Assembly (NCBI RefSeq): GCF_009914755.1
Contig: NC_060934.1
DNA: 64,000 nucleotides
Reading direction: 5' to 3' (one strand)
Source of the DNA: the human T2T-CHM13v2.0 reference genome, Homo sapiens
In this document: positions 27,538 to 43,295 of the stretch, piece by piece
Position numbering within the stretch: the first letter of the stretch is position 1
Layout: the number at the start of each line of letters is the position of its first letter
Made by a program: the position numbers and the translations under genes
The notes under the pieces: model-generated
The model's database searches: none
What the model was told of the DNA's origin: nothing
Seen by the model: the letters and a program-made list of their open reading frames with translations, nothing else

Positions 27538-27939
27538 ATATGTTGAAGCCCTAAACTCAGTGTGGCTGTACTTTGAGATAGGGCCCTTAAGGAAGTAATT
27601 AAGGTTAAAAAAGGTCACAAGGGTGCAGGCCTGACTTGATAGGATTAGTGTCCTTACAAGAAGAGACACCAGGATGCGCTTCTGTTGTCTCTCTCCTCTC
27701 TCTGCCACAGAGAAAAGGCCATGTGAGGGCATGGCAAGAATGCGGCTGTCCACAAGACAGGGAGAGAGCCCTCCCTAGAAACCAAATGGACCGACACCTA
27801 AATCTTGGACTTCAAGCTCCCAGAACTGTGAGAAAATTAATTTCTGCCATTTAAGCTGCTTGGTCTGTGGTATTTTGTTATAACAGCCTGAGCTGACTAA
27901 GACACTCCCTTGGTAAAAAAAATTTCAAGGAGGAAGCAT

Positions 27940-28130
27940 GATTTGGATGCTCATTCTGCCACTTACAAGCTGAGGGGCCTTGGGCAAGTTATTTTTCTCT
28001 CTGAGCCTCATTGTGGTCATTGGTAAAATGTGGATCATAACACCTATTGCAAAAGGCTATTATGAGGATCAAGTGAAAAATCTGCATGTGGGTATCTGGG
28101 GCACAGTAAAACACTTAGAAAAAGTTAGAT
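27940..28130 (+). mobile_element. MIR SINE
   Basis: CTGCCACTTACAAGCTG...CCTTGGGCAAGTTA...CTCTGAGCCTCA...GTAAAATG. Confidence 0.8.
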
Positions 28131-28168
28131 TTAAAGGAAGATACCTGCATCTTGAAACTAGAACATTT

Positions 28169-28930
28169 TGAGAGACAGGACTAGCTGGATTTCCTAGGCC
28201 GACTAAGAATCCCTAAGCCTAGCTGGGAAGGTGACCACTTCCACCTTTAAACATGGGGCTTGCAACTTAGCTCACACCTGACCAATCAGATAGTAAGGGG
28301 AGCTCACTAAAATGCTAATTAGGCAAAAACAGGAGGTAAAGAAATAGCCAATCATCTGTTGCCTGGGAGCACAGCAGGAGGGACAATGATCAGGATATAA
28401 ACCCAGGTATTCGAGCCAGCAATGGCAACCCCCTTTGGGTCCCCTCCCTTTGTATGGGAGCTCTGTTTTCACTCTATTTCACTCTATTAAATCTTGCAAC
28501 TGCACTCTTCTGTGTTTGTTATGGCTTGAGCTGAGCTTTCGCTCACAGTCCACCACTGCTGTTTGCCACAGTCACAGACCCGCTGCTCACTTCAATCCCT
28601 CCAGATCCCGCAGGGTGTCCGCTGTGCTCCTGATCCAGCGAGGCACCCATTGCCACTCCCGATCGTGCTAAAGGCTTGCCATTTTTCCTGCATGGCTAAG
28701 GGCCTGGGTTCATCCTAATCGAGCTGAACACTAGTCACTGGGTTCTACAGTTCTCTTCCATGACCCACAGCTTCTAATAGAGCTATAGCACTCACCGCAT
28801 GGCCCAAGATTCCATTCCTTGGAATCCGTGAGGCCAAGACCCCCAGGTCAGAGAACACGAGGCTTGCCACCATCTTGGAAGCGGCTCACCACCATCTTGG
28901 GAGCTCTGTGAGCAAGGAACCCCAGTAACA
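28169..28930 (+). mobile_element. LTR17 (HERV-W) full-length solo LTR
   Basis: Begins TGAGAGACAGGACTAGCTGGATTTCCTAGGCCGACTAAGAATCCC and ends GTAACA; two CCAAT boxes, TATAAA at 28396, ATTAAA at ~28486; perfect 4-bp TSD ATTT. Confidence 0.95.
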
Positions 28931-30072
28931 ATTTCTCGGTGTGATCACCTGATAAAACAACAGCAGCCTGCCCCCTTCGAGGCTGCCTCCTCTGGACAGT
29001 GGCCTTGAAGTCCCCATTTGCTTATCAGTTACCTTTTGGGTTGGCATAAGAGTGTTCGTCTCTCAGCAATACCAGCCTCTCCCGTGTCTCCAGGATTCAC
29101 ATCCCAGAGCTTCTTGTGCTTTTCTCCACGGAATTTTGGGATCACAGCTAAAAGAATCAACCAGTCTGTTGGAACATTTAAGTTTTCCTGCCCTCCTGGT
29201 ATCTGCAGACGTAGGTAACAATTCCATGTGCAAAACTTTCAAGTAATGATGAATCCGCTGGGGCCATAACTCACACCCTGAGGCCACCCCCGAAGGATGG
29301 CTGGAGGTACCCCACTGAGGAGTCATCCCGCCCACTAGTACCACGAGTCACGCCCTCTCATTAGATCAAATCAGAGGCAGGGAGAGATTTACAGCTTATC
29401 TCAAAACATCTGGACCGGCAATGTCGATTCCAGACCAACAGCAGGAGAGGGTACTTGGGGACCACATTACAAGCCTTGCTTCTGAAGAGCAGCTGCCCTG
29501 AATGTTCACCTCGAACACTTCTCAGCACGCTGCCTCCTCAGAGTGTGCACATCTGGATTTGAAACTAAAAGCAAGAACTATGCATTTTTCTTGCTGTTGA
29601 AATATGGCTCCCTGGGGACCCAGCAGGTCGGGCCAACACAGACACTTCCTGCATCCTGACCTCAGACAAGCCCACATTCTCTAGGATAACTGAAGGGAAC
29701 GCTTCCAAGTCTGCAAGCTGCCGTCAACTAAGATCTCAGGCATCCTCACTTCGTGCCGAGAGGAGGCTCTTAAACATCACTGCCTGGGCTGAGCTTAGGG
29801 GAGGAGGAAGTAGAAAATGTGATTAACATGTAACCATAAAATGTTGCAGCCATAAAAAAAGAGAGAAGTTATGCGTAAGTTATGGCTGCGTGAATGGCCA
29901 CATCAAGCCATTTCCAAAAGCCCATCTCACTAAACAGCAGTTATCTTGCTCCTCAAGTGGAAACCGCTTTGAGACATTTCAAAATTAGTGATTTTCTGCC
30001 AGCAGCTACACTGACTGCACCAGAGATCCTGACCACAGTCCTTGCTAGAGTCTCAAACAGACTTGCATTTGA

Positions 30073-30378
<306 letters not shown>

Positions 30379-30415
30379 AAACAGACTTGCATTTGACTTT
30401 CAAAAAATATGTTGC

Positions 30416-30627
30416 AGCTGGGCACGGTGGCTCACGCCTGTAATCCTAGCACTTTGGGAGGCCGAGGTGGGAGGATCACAAGGTAAAGAGACTGAGACCA
30501 TCCTGGTCAACATGGTGAAACCCCGTCTCTACTAAAAATACAAAAATTAGCCAGGTGTGGCAGGCGTCTGTAATCCCAGCTTATTTGGGAGGCTGAGGCA
30601 GGAGAATCGCTTGAACCTGGGAGGCGG
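30416..30627 (+). mobile_element. Alu SINE, 3'-truncated (AluSc-like)
   Basis: Sense Alu stops at GAACCTGGGAGGCGG; no tail and no right TSD. Confidence 0.95.
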
Positions 30628-31269
30628 GAAGGGAGCCCCTTCCAGAGCACACCTGCTGAGTGCTTTGGTTCCCTTCCAACTCTCATGCTATATGGCTCTT
30701 ACGCTCACCCATCTGCTGTTTCAGCCCCTGACTCACAACTCTGATTAATCCTGCCCTTTTTTGCTATCCTGGAGAAAACGTGCTTCTTGCTTGATCTTGT
30801 TCCTTACAAATTCATTCTCTTGTTTAGGGTCGATGCTCCTTAATGATGCTGTTGTTCCATTGTCTGCCACAAACCACTTTCCACTCTAAAGGTTTGTCAA
30901 CATGAACCCGTTTGTTGATGAAATCAGACAAGACAGATGTGAGGATGATATTCTTCTCAAGGTGTCCAGTCCAGCTTGATACCCGACAGATCTAGACTAA
31001 AAGCATCCTCCTGACCCACGTGCAGAGACAGTACATGATGCTTGGCTGTGTAATGGAGACACCAAGACACCAGCTTGAGTCCCCTGCTCTTATTACCCAT
31101 GAGAATGTGGGTGAGAAACATGACCACCTTGAGCCTCAGTCTTCTGATGTGTGAAATGAAGATAATTGGAGACCCTATTTTCTAGGGTGTTTTAGGAAGA
31201 AACAAAATCATGCTTAGCATGGTAGCTGGAATACCTTTAGGGTCCAATAAAAGGAATAGCTATACTCCT

Positions 31270-31475
31270 GGTAGTGATGAGATAGTTCTGTATCTTGAGT
31301 GCAGTGATGATTACACAAATGTACACATGTGAGGAAATGGCATAGAGCTACACACACACTGACCTGGTGTCAAATTCCTGGTTCAGATTTTGTGTGATAG
31401 TTATTCCCGTAACCACTGGGCAACTTCCTATCATTATTTCAAGATTAAAAAGAAAAGAAAAGAAAAAAAAAAAGA
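31270..31475 (+). mobile_element. L1MC/MD-type 3' fragment
   Basis: GTGATGAGATAGTTCTGTATCTTGA...TTACACAAATGTACACATGTG, followed by an A-rich tail. Confidence 0.65.
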
Positions 31476-31727
31476 CCAGGAAGGTAAAAAAGGAGATGGG
31501 GTGGGAATAGCTGTGGTGGGATTAGTACTGTTTGGAGACTTCATTTCCTTCCCTGCTCTGCTGTATGACTGCCGAGCGCTGGCTGCAGACCCTGCTGCAC
31601 TTTCACGGCTGCCCTGGTCTCCAGGTTCATTACTATCTCTCAGACTCACAGCATCAGCCTTCACCCTGGCTCTGCTGGAGACTGCCTCAGAGCTACAGTC
31701 CCCTGGTAACTCACTGGTGTATCACTG

Positions 31728-31888
31728 CCCCAGGCAGCTCCACCACCCCTGCCCCACCCCAGCAAGACCCCAGGCAGCTCCACCACCCCTGCCCCACCCC
31801 AGCAAGACCCCAGGCAGCTCCACCACCCCTGCCCCACCCCAGCAAGACCCCAGGCAGCTCCACCACCCCTGCCCCACCCCCAGTAAGA
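31728..31888. repeat. 40-bp GC-rich minisatellite, 4 copies
   Basis: CCCCAGGCAGCTCCACCACCCCTGCCCCACCCCAGCAAGA x3 identical plus one variant copy. Confidence 0.98.
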
Positions 31889-34800
31889 CACATGCAGGCT
31901 ATGCAGGGGGAATCTCGTGCTGAAGGGCGACCTCGCTACGTGAGCAGGGCTCTCCACAGTCCCACATGCCTGGCCCTGGAGGGAAGCCGAGGATAATGGG
32001 TTTTGCTGGTGGCCATAGGGTGTGGACTGTGGGGATGTGCCAAGCTTGTGAGCATGAGCTCAGGCGAAAGTCCTGTCTTGAAAGATGTGATGGCTCGAGC
32101 TACGGAATTCTGTTCCAGCAAGGATGAGAAAACATTCTGTGTCTGTCCAAACCAAGAAGGAAAGCAACAAGTATGGAGGGTTTTAAACTTTGACAAGTTC
32201 CAGAGGCTCAGTGATAAGAACCAGGGAGAGATTCCAGGGGGTAGAGGCAATCAAGGGAAATGTCTGAGCCCAGGAAGAAGAGGGGAGGTGAATGGCAGGA
32301 CCCGGTTACCAAGGATGTTCGTGTCTGAGTTAGACCATGGAAGAGACCTCCGTGTGAACCTGATAGGTAGTATTTTAAAATGTTCATAAAGGAAAAGTAG
32401 ATCCTATCTGTGGCAGATTGTAAAATGCAGGTGCTGTTGCAGTCTGCGGAGAAGACGCCTCAGGATTTTGATCAGGTTGGAGTATTGGGGGAGCGTCACT
32501 TACACCAGCTGCCAGAGGACCTCTGATCCGAGATGGGAACTTTGGTTGCAGATGAGCATATGGAGAGGCTCTAACTCCTTTCTTTCCTCGTTTGTCTTCC
32601 ATAAAGAAGAGAAGACCTGAAGCCCAGGATCCTAGGAATAAGAAGAGCAGATACCATCTTTCCTTCGCAGGAATAACAAACAGGCAGCCCAAATCCTACC
32701 CTTCCAATTTTGGTGAGCATGTGGAGAAACAGACACACTTCCAGACATGATGGTGGGGGTGTGCATGGACAATGCTTTTGGGGAATTCAGTTTGGAAGAT
32801 CCACACATGTCTACAACTGGGTCTTTGTGGAAGAGTGTGTCTTGCATATCTCAGGCTTTTGCTGGTAAAGATCAATGAAATGAAAGGAGTGGGCGCTTCT
32901 GAACTGCAGGCACCTGCTGCATGCTCCTTCCAATGCCTCTCACCAGTGGGAAACCTCAGGAGTCTGTCTCTGAATTTGTTTCCCTTGCTGTGAAATAGGG
33001 ATGGCAAGAATAAAATCTCTTTCTGGGGTGGCTGGGAGGTTCACTTGGAACAGTGAACAGGCCTTGAACATTGAACCACACCTCTGGAATGCTACTGAAT
33101 GTTGCTGTTGTGATATGTGAAGAGGCAGAGGTTTTGGTGTCTGGGAGCATTTTCCTGGGAAAGGGAAGGGGTAAGGAGGCGAGGGAGGTGGGTCATCTAC
33201 AATCATCCCTTTACCCAGCTGGCTGGAATTGCTGTATAGGAATTAAAATCAACAAAGGAAGTCATTGTGAAAATACGCATAGACGTGAGCTCTGGACAGA
33301 ACAGGTTCAGGAAACGGAGGAGATCCCCAGGAAGTCTTCCAAGCACAAAGAGGAGGAAATGGAAAGTATGAAAGTACGGATGCAGGAACCTGTGATTAAA
33401 GCAGAAATGAAAGAATGAATAAGGGAACTATAGTTCTGCAAACAAGAAAGGGAGGAGGAGGGAATAAGACCAGCTCTCTTTGCAAGTCCTTCCTTCATCA
33501 AGCCATAGGAAGGAGGGAGTGGATGGCACAGGAGCTCTGAAGAACAAAACACGGCAAGTCACAACCAAATCACTATTGAGATAATGAGGGTTAATAAGAG
33601 CAATTTCCAGATCTGTCAGCAAACGTGGGTGTGACTAAGACTGGTACACAATTTGGGGGTCCCTGTAAGATGCTACTGCTGGAAGGGGAAATGGGGATTT
33701 TAAAGCAGAAACATTGCCCAGGGACACAGAAGCCCTGGAAGGGGACTACTGCTTCCAGAATGGTTAAGTTCATTGAAGAATTTTCCACTAGCAATTGACT
33801 CATCATTCATAGAGGGAGAGACCTGGAGACAGAGCAAAGGCTGGCCACGCTGGCAGTGGTAGGTATGACCCTACACTCACCTGCTGGGGTCAGCTTCCCT
33901 GTCTGCATCCCTTACAGCTGGGAAATCCAGTTCCCCTGTCCATACCATCTTATATCTGCAAGGACTTTAATTGGACACCAGGGCTGGTGTTTGAACGGCA
34001 TTACTGTTAGTGGAGGGAGCTGACGGAATGACTCAAGGCACAAGTATATCATCTGAAGAAGACTAGAGCCTCATTGCCTTAAAAGAATCAGCAACAAGTG
34101 AAAAGTGACAGTGGCTGACCACGTGTCCTTGGACAAGGTACTTATCTGCTCTGAGTGTACTTGCTGAGTCTGTTTCAACTATACAATGGAAATGACACGA
34201 CCTCCTGCAGAGGATGATAAAGACCACCTTAGAGAGCAGGTGAAGTGGCCAGAGTTACACCCTAGTACTGCCCTCAAGAAACATTTTCCTTTCCCTTGCA
34301 GTGAGGGAAGCCAAGGTGCCTGGATGAGCAGATAGAATCTTTGTTTGCGGTTGTCCAGGCTGTCCCTACCATCATCATTTAGATGTCGATGCAAGCTCAA
34401 AGAAAGCATGTCTGAGCTTTATCCCTTTATTCCTCTCTCATCTTGTCAAGCCCAAGGATGCCTTTTAAAAAATAGGAAAGGCCACACCATTTAAAAGAAA
34501 GGCCAAGTGCCAGGCAAGAGCCCTGGTGAGTGCTGGGGTGCAGGGAGAGCTTTGCAGACCCTGGGACTCACCTTCAGGCCTTGCACCGACTCTGTCTGTT
34601 CCTGACAAGCCCTATGCACTCTCCTCTGGCTCCTGGTGGCTTCTTTCCTGGTTCCAGCCACTCCATTTGTCCTGGACTTCACCTTGGCCCATCTGTTCTG
34701 GTTGGGCTTCCCTTTCTGAATTCTTTTCCCTGTTTTTGCAGCCCAGAAGCCTGAGCTGCCTCCTGGATGTCCAAAGTCTTTCATCTTGCCTCGGGCTAGC

Positions 34801-35864
34801 AGACCGCACTAATTGACACTGAGGGGTGAATGAGACTTAATTAGGGAATGTTTCCAGCCCAGAAGTACAGAAGGGGTGAGGAAAGGAGAGGTCATGGGTG
34901 GAGTGCGGTGAGGGGATATGGGCAGCACCTGTCTTCAGTGTGATTTGCCCAAGAGCATCGCCTAACCCCACCCCAAACATTCTCCAGTGCTGTCAAGAGA
35001 GAGAATAAAAAACACCAAATGCAGGAGTCAAATGTCCCCCCACCTTTGGCAGCTTCTGCCTTTTAGGTGAGGTCAAGGATAGAGTCCCCACATGTGAGGC
35101 TGTGTCAGTCACCAACCAGAGATTCCACTTCCACCTCCACAACTTCCAGGGCACAGACTCCTCATCTGACAAATATGACCAAAGACCTAGCTATGGTGAG
35201 CTCAGCATTTTGTTCTCCTGCTCTGACATATCAGTAATATTGGTATTTGAGCTGTGAGATCCCATTAGCTCTCCTCAGACCCTGAGGCTTTAAATTTCCC
35301 ATTGAATTCATTTTAACCCACATTAATTGGGTGTGTACAAAGCTCTGGGCTCAGCACAGTAAAGAAAATGGTGAATTGGCCCCACAGGGAGATCATGATG
35401 TAACAGAAGCAAACTGCGATCTCTGGCTTTCACTATAGGGTGGGATACATGGGGGCTAGAGGGCAAGAGGGCTGGAAGAATTTATTCCTGGGTTGGGGTC
35501 AGGGCAGTGGGTGTGTGGCTGGCTGGAAGGAAAGTGAGATTTGGCATGGGCCTTAGGAAAGCATCTTCAGACCGAGGGAACCTCATGAGTAGAGGCATGG
35601 AGGAGCAGGTGTGACAGAGCCTATGATAGGGAGTTGGGGAGAGCCTGGATAGGTCAGCCCAGGCCACAGAGGGAATTGGTTAACACATGAACCTAAAGGC
35701 CAGAAGTCTAAGAGACATCAGGGTCTGTAACTGCTCAAATTATATGCAATTATCTGAGTGCAAATGTATTTTTTAAGAGGAGAGTCTACATACTCCTTCA
35801 GGGTCACAATGAGATCCAGAGCCATCAATGCTGATATAGGCCATGGGGGACCTATTGGAATATT

Positions 35865-36804
<940 letters not shown>

Positions 36805-36828
36805 CACAGTGATTTTAAGCTTGGGAGA

Positions 36829-37184
36829 TGTATTAGTCCATTCTTACGCTGCTATGAAGAAGTACCCGAGACCAGGTAATTTATAAAGAAAAGAGGTTTA
36901 ATTGACTCACAGTTCCACATGGCTGGGGAGGCCTCAGGCAACTTACAATCATGGGGGAAAGCACTTCTTCACTGGGCAGCAGGAGAGAGATAGGTGCAAG
37001 CAGGGAAATTGCCAGATGCTTATAAAACCATCAGATCTTGTGAGGCTCACTTACTATAATGAGAACAGCATGGGGGAAACCGCCCCCATGATTCAATTAT
37101 CTCCCCTGGTCCTGCCCTTGACATGTGAGGATTATTACAATTCAAGGTGAGATTTGGGTGGGGACACAGAGCCAAATCATATCA
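36829..37184 (-). mobile_element. THE1 (MaLR) solo LTR, THE1C/D-like
   Basis: TGTATTAGTCCATTC...AAGAGGTTTAATTGACTCACAGTTCC...GGGGACACAGAGCCAAATCATATCA; perfect 5-bp TSD GGAGA. Confidence 0.95.
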
Positions 37185-38603
37185 GGAGAGAAGTGTAGGC
37201 ATTTCAGAAAGGTCAGTCAATGGTGTGGGGGTCTGAGCAGAGGCAGGGACCAGAGGCAGGAAGACCAGCTGGGAAGCTGCTGCAGTGGTCTAAGCGAGCT
37301 GCCACCTTCCAGCCGCACGAATGAGCCTGTATAAATGAGGGGTGCTTGTGTGCTTGCATGTGTAGAAGGCCCCCTGGAGCTGCAGGCAGCACTCTGGCAC
37401 TAGATGCTTGTTTCTGTGACCTGGGGAACTTGACAGCCACATGAGGACCATCAAGTGGCTAAATACAGCAAAATAAATGAGGCACTTTTACTAATGTATT
37501 TGCTTTTTCTCTATCTGCCTGAAGCTTTGCTAGGTGAATTAGGTTTCCAATGTGTTGCCCCTCCCTAGAACCATGAAATCCCCAGGGGATGGGAAGTGAA
37601 TGGAAATGACTGGAGCACAAGGCGAACCCCTGGCCTGTGTGGTTTCTTCTGCATGTTGTAAAGGAGAAAAACGGCAGCTGTATTTTAATGGGAAATGCTT
37701 AAACAGTGAAAAAGCCCCAGATTGCAAAACCTTACCCTCCCCAAGAGGTACAAGAAATTTAATGTTTGAAAATGGTTTTACATTTCTTTGAGGACCAAAA
37801 CTATTCCTCTTGTTTCTAATGCCCATGAGCTAGTCTCTGACTCTCCTTGAAATTTCAGAGGGGTGGGCAGTGCGGAGAAAGAGAGAGATGTATTATATTT
37901 CCTTTTGAAATGGGTACACATAAAAGTGTCCAGTAATGTAATTTTTGAATGTGTAACTAGGCTTATTTTCTGATAGTCTTGAGTCATAAAATTATACCTT
38001 AATTTTAGAAAGCATTCTGATTCTGAGATGTAATAAAATCATATTTAATGCTGTGAAACATTTTAAAGTGTGTTTTTAAAGGAAAATACTATTTTGGATA
38101 ACCATTAAGTAGCTCAGCTATTCAAAATAAACTATAAAATGCAAATAAAAATGTGCTTGGGTTATATTTTGAAGTTTGGTACAATACCTTAGAAATCTGT
38201 TGAAGCTACAAGAATGGTAACTGAATCAAACAGATCCCACTGGACCTATCTGCCGTCACGGCATCACTGCCCAAATCCTGCAGCTTGATCTAGTGAATCT
38301 CATAGCTTGATGGCTCCGTGGTCTATATTTCTGAGTGTTTTGAGGAAGCTGCTTTTAAGAACAGCCAGCTTTGTGTGGCATGGAGAGGACGGAGAATCAG
38401 GCAAGGCTCAGCCCCAACCTACACATTTGGGAGACTGTTGGGCAGCAGTCGATGAGGGAAAGGTAGATTCTAAAGTCTGATGAACCAACTTAAGGTTTTA
38501 TAACGTGACTACCACTTCCTGGCTGAGTGACGTTGGATATGTCATTTAACCTCTTCTGTGGTTTCTTTATCAATAAATGGAAGATTAAAAACTCCTTGTT
38601 TTA

Positions 38604-38910
38604 GGCCAGGCGCAGTGGCTCACGCCTGTAATCCCAGCACTTTGGGAGGCCGAGGCTGGTGGATTACAAGGTCAGGAGATCGAGACCATCCTGGCTAACA
38701 TGGTGAAACCCCATCTCTACTAAAAATACAAAAAATAGCCGGGTGTGGTGGCGGGAGCCTGTAGTCCCAGCTACTCGGGAGGCTGAGGCAGGAGAATGGC
38801 GTGAACCCAGGAGGCAGAGCTTGCAGGAAACCAAGATAGTGCCACTGCACTCCAGTCTGGGAGACAGAGTGGGACTCCGTCTCAAAAAAAAAAAAAAAAA
38901 AAAAAAAAAA
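38604..38910 (+). mobile_element. Alu SINE (AluY-like)
   Basis: GAGATCGAGACCATCCTGGCTAAC, GAATGGCGTGAACCC and GAGCTTGCAG diagnostics; A27 tail; TSD CTCCTTGTTTTA. Confidence 0.97.
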
Positions 38911-39160
38911 CCCTCCTTGTTTTAATATCCAATAAGTGGGGCGTAAAAAGAACATATAGAAAAATTGGCTGTGTGTTAGGAACTAAGCTGTTGCTCAAGA
39001 AATGATAGATCTTGTTATTATCAGGACACATAAGAAAGTAAATCAATAATAGAGGAATAAATTAGCTAGCCTTTAAAACTGAGGGAATATTTTAATCTCA
39101 TTTTGTTATTCAGTAAAGCTAATATCATCAATTTTCCCTGATTAATGAATACTGAAAATC

Positions 39161-39335
39161 TGTGGTATGGTAACCAGCTTCAAAGATGGTGCCCAATTAT
39201 CCTCTTGGTCTTCATGACTAGAAAGAGACATGTGGTTCTCATCCTTCTTGTAACAGACTTGGCCTATGTGGCCAATGGAATATGGCAGAAATAATGATAA
39301 ATGTCTTCTGAGATTAGGTTATAAAATACATTGTG
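39161..39335 (+). mobile_element. MLT1F-like LTR, 5' part
   Basis: CAGCTTCAAAGATGG...GGCCAATGGAATATGGCAGAA...GAGATTAGGTTATAAAA. Confidence 0.75.
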
Positions 39336-40864
<1,529 letters not shown>

Positions 40865-41068
40865 TAAAAATCACATTGCAAAATATTTTTTTAAATATTA
40901 AAAATTATAAATAAATAAATTAACAAAAATCACATTGCAAAGTATAGCAGATCTCTATGATCTGGTCTGAACTCTAATGTCAAACATTAAAATCGAGTTT
41001 GTCAGTATTACTATGTATGGTTTCTGAAAATACCAAATAAAAGATAATGAGGAATCTGAAAATATTTA

Positions 41069-41423
41069 AAAAGACACCATGGCTTTGGCGTTGCTTGCTC
41101 TCTCAGATCACTCCCTCTGGGAAGCAAGCTGCCATGTCATAGAGGGACGCCCACATGGTGAGGAGCTGAGGCCTCCAGCCAATAGCCGGCAAGGAACAAG
41201 AGCCTTCTGTTGCCAGCCCTGGGAGTGAGCTTGCAGACAGATCCTTCAGCCTCAGGAAAGCTTCTTGATGACGCGGTCCTGGCTGACAACCGGACTGCAA
41301 CTTCATGAGATACCCTGAGCCAGAACCACCAGCTAAGCCACTTCTCAAGTCCTGACTCACAGTGCTGCAAGATAATAAACGTTTTGGAGTCATTCGTAAC
41401 ACAGCAAGTGATAATGAAGATAC
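41069..41423 (+). mobile_element. MLT1F-like LTR, 3' part
   Basis: AAGCAAGCTGCCATGT...GAGCTGAGGCCTCCAGCCAA...CCTGAGCCAGAACCACCAGCTAAGCC...GATAATAAA. Confidence 0.82.
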
Positions 41424-41980
41424 GTGGGTTGAGTGGGGCTTTGCCTAATATGCCCTAGTGCCTCCTGAAAGTGAATGAGGCCAGCTGGGATGACTAGGCA
41501 CTGCTCAGAGAGCTGGGGTAAGGCCACCGTGTGGTTTCCTAAAAGGAGTGAAAGTAGAGAGAGCCTGAGATGAGCATCTTCCGGAGGGAGGGACTATGTC
41601 GCCTGGGAGAGAGTCACACACACCTGGTTTCTGGGGCTCTGGGCCCCAGAGGCAGGTGTCGTCTAGGGATAAAGAACGAGAGGTAATGTCCAGAGGAGGA
41701 GGTCCCTTCTCTGACAGCCTGGGGTCGGAGGAGGCAAAGCTTTTGTTAAGAGGCAGTTCCCTGGCTTGATCAGAAGAGGAATGTCAGCCAGCTTCTGAGG
41801 ACTGCAATACCAGAGCTTCTGAGGCAAACTGGGACATAGAAGATTGAAGAAGGCGCCAGAGGCACAGAGACACATTACTGGAGCCTTGGAGATGGTGGTC
41901 ATGGAAGCCATTAATAAAACATGGAACTTTCTGGAACATTGGTATTCATCATCATCATCTCTCACCCTCATGTCAACACT

Positions 41981-42290
41981 ATTTATTTATATATTTATTT
42001 ATTTATTTATGACAGGGTCTCACTCAATTGCTAAGGCTGGACTGCAGTGGCACAATCACAGCTCACTGCAGCCTTGACCTCCCGGGCTCAGGTGATTCTG
42101 CCACCTCAGCCTCCACAGTAGCTGGGGCCACAGGCATGCGCCACCGTGCCCAGCTAATTGTTGTATTTTCTATAGAGATGGGGTTTCACCATGTTTCCCA
42201 GGCTGGTCCCAAACTCCTAGGCTCAAGTGTTCTGTCTGCCTCGGCCCCCCAAAGTGCTGAGATTACAATCGTGAGCCACGGCACCCAGCC
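41981..42290 (-). mobile_element. Alu SINE (AluJ-like)
   Basis: CACAGCTCACTGCAGCCTTGACC; (ATTT)n tail; TSD ATGTCAACACT. Confidence 0.95.
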
Positions 42291-42349
42291 ATGTCAACAC
42301 TTTAATGCAGGCAGTTGCTATCCCCATTTTACTGAGGAGAATCTAATAT

Positions 42350-43295
<946 letters not shown>

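Larger units (their letters stand above)
26926..27904 (+). mobile_element. MLT1A-type MaLR LTR, split by an LTR10-like insertion
   Basis: GGCTGAATGTTTGTGTCCC...AAATTCACAT | ATATGTTGAAGCCCTAA...TATTTTGTTATAACAGCCTGAGCTGACTAAGACA; flanks CCCCC/CTCCC. Confidence 0.88.

Noticed and set aside
27227-27546. Repetitive ORFs (WVTDWE repeats); superficially CRISPR-like array
   Set aside because: A 24-bp tandem repeat without unique spacers, inside an LTR in a primate genome
31728-31888. PRDM9 13-mer CCNCCNTNNCCNC in the minisatellite
   Set aside because: Checked by eye; the unit does not match the pattern
31390-31996. 154-177 aa proline-rich ORFs
   Set aside because: Kept open by the stop-free 40-bp minisatellite
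33280-33418. Protein-like E/K-rich stretch ELWTEQVQETEEIPRKSSKHKEEEMES
   Set aside because: No recognisable homology or flanking splice sites; purine-rich composition explains it
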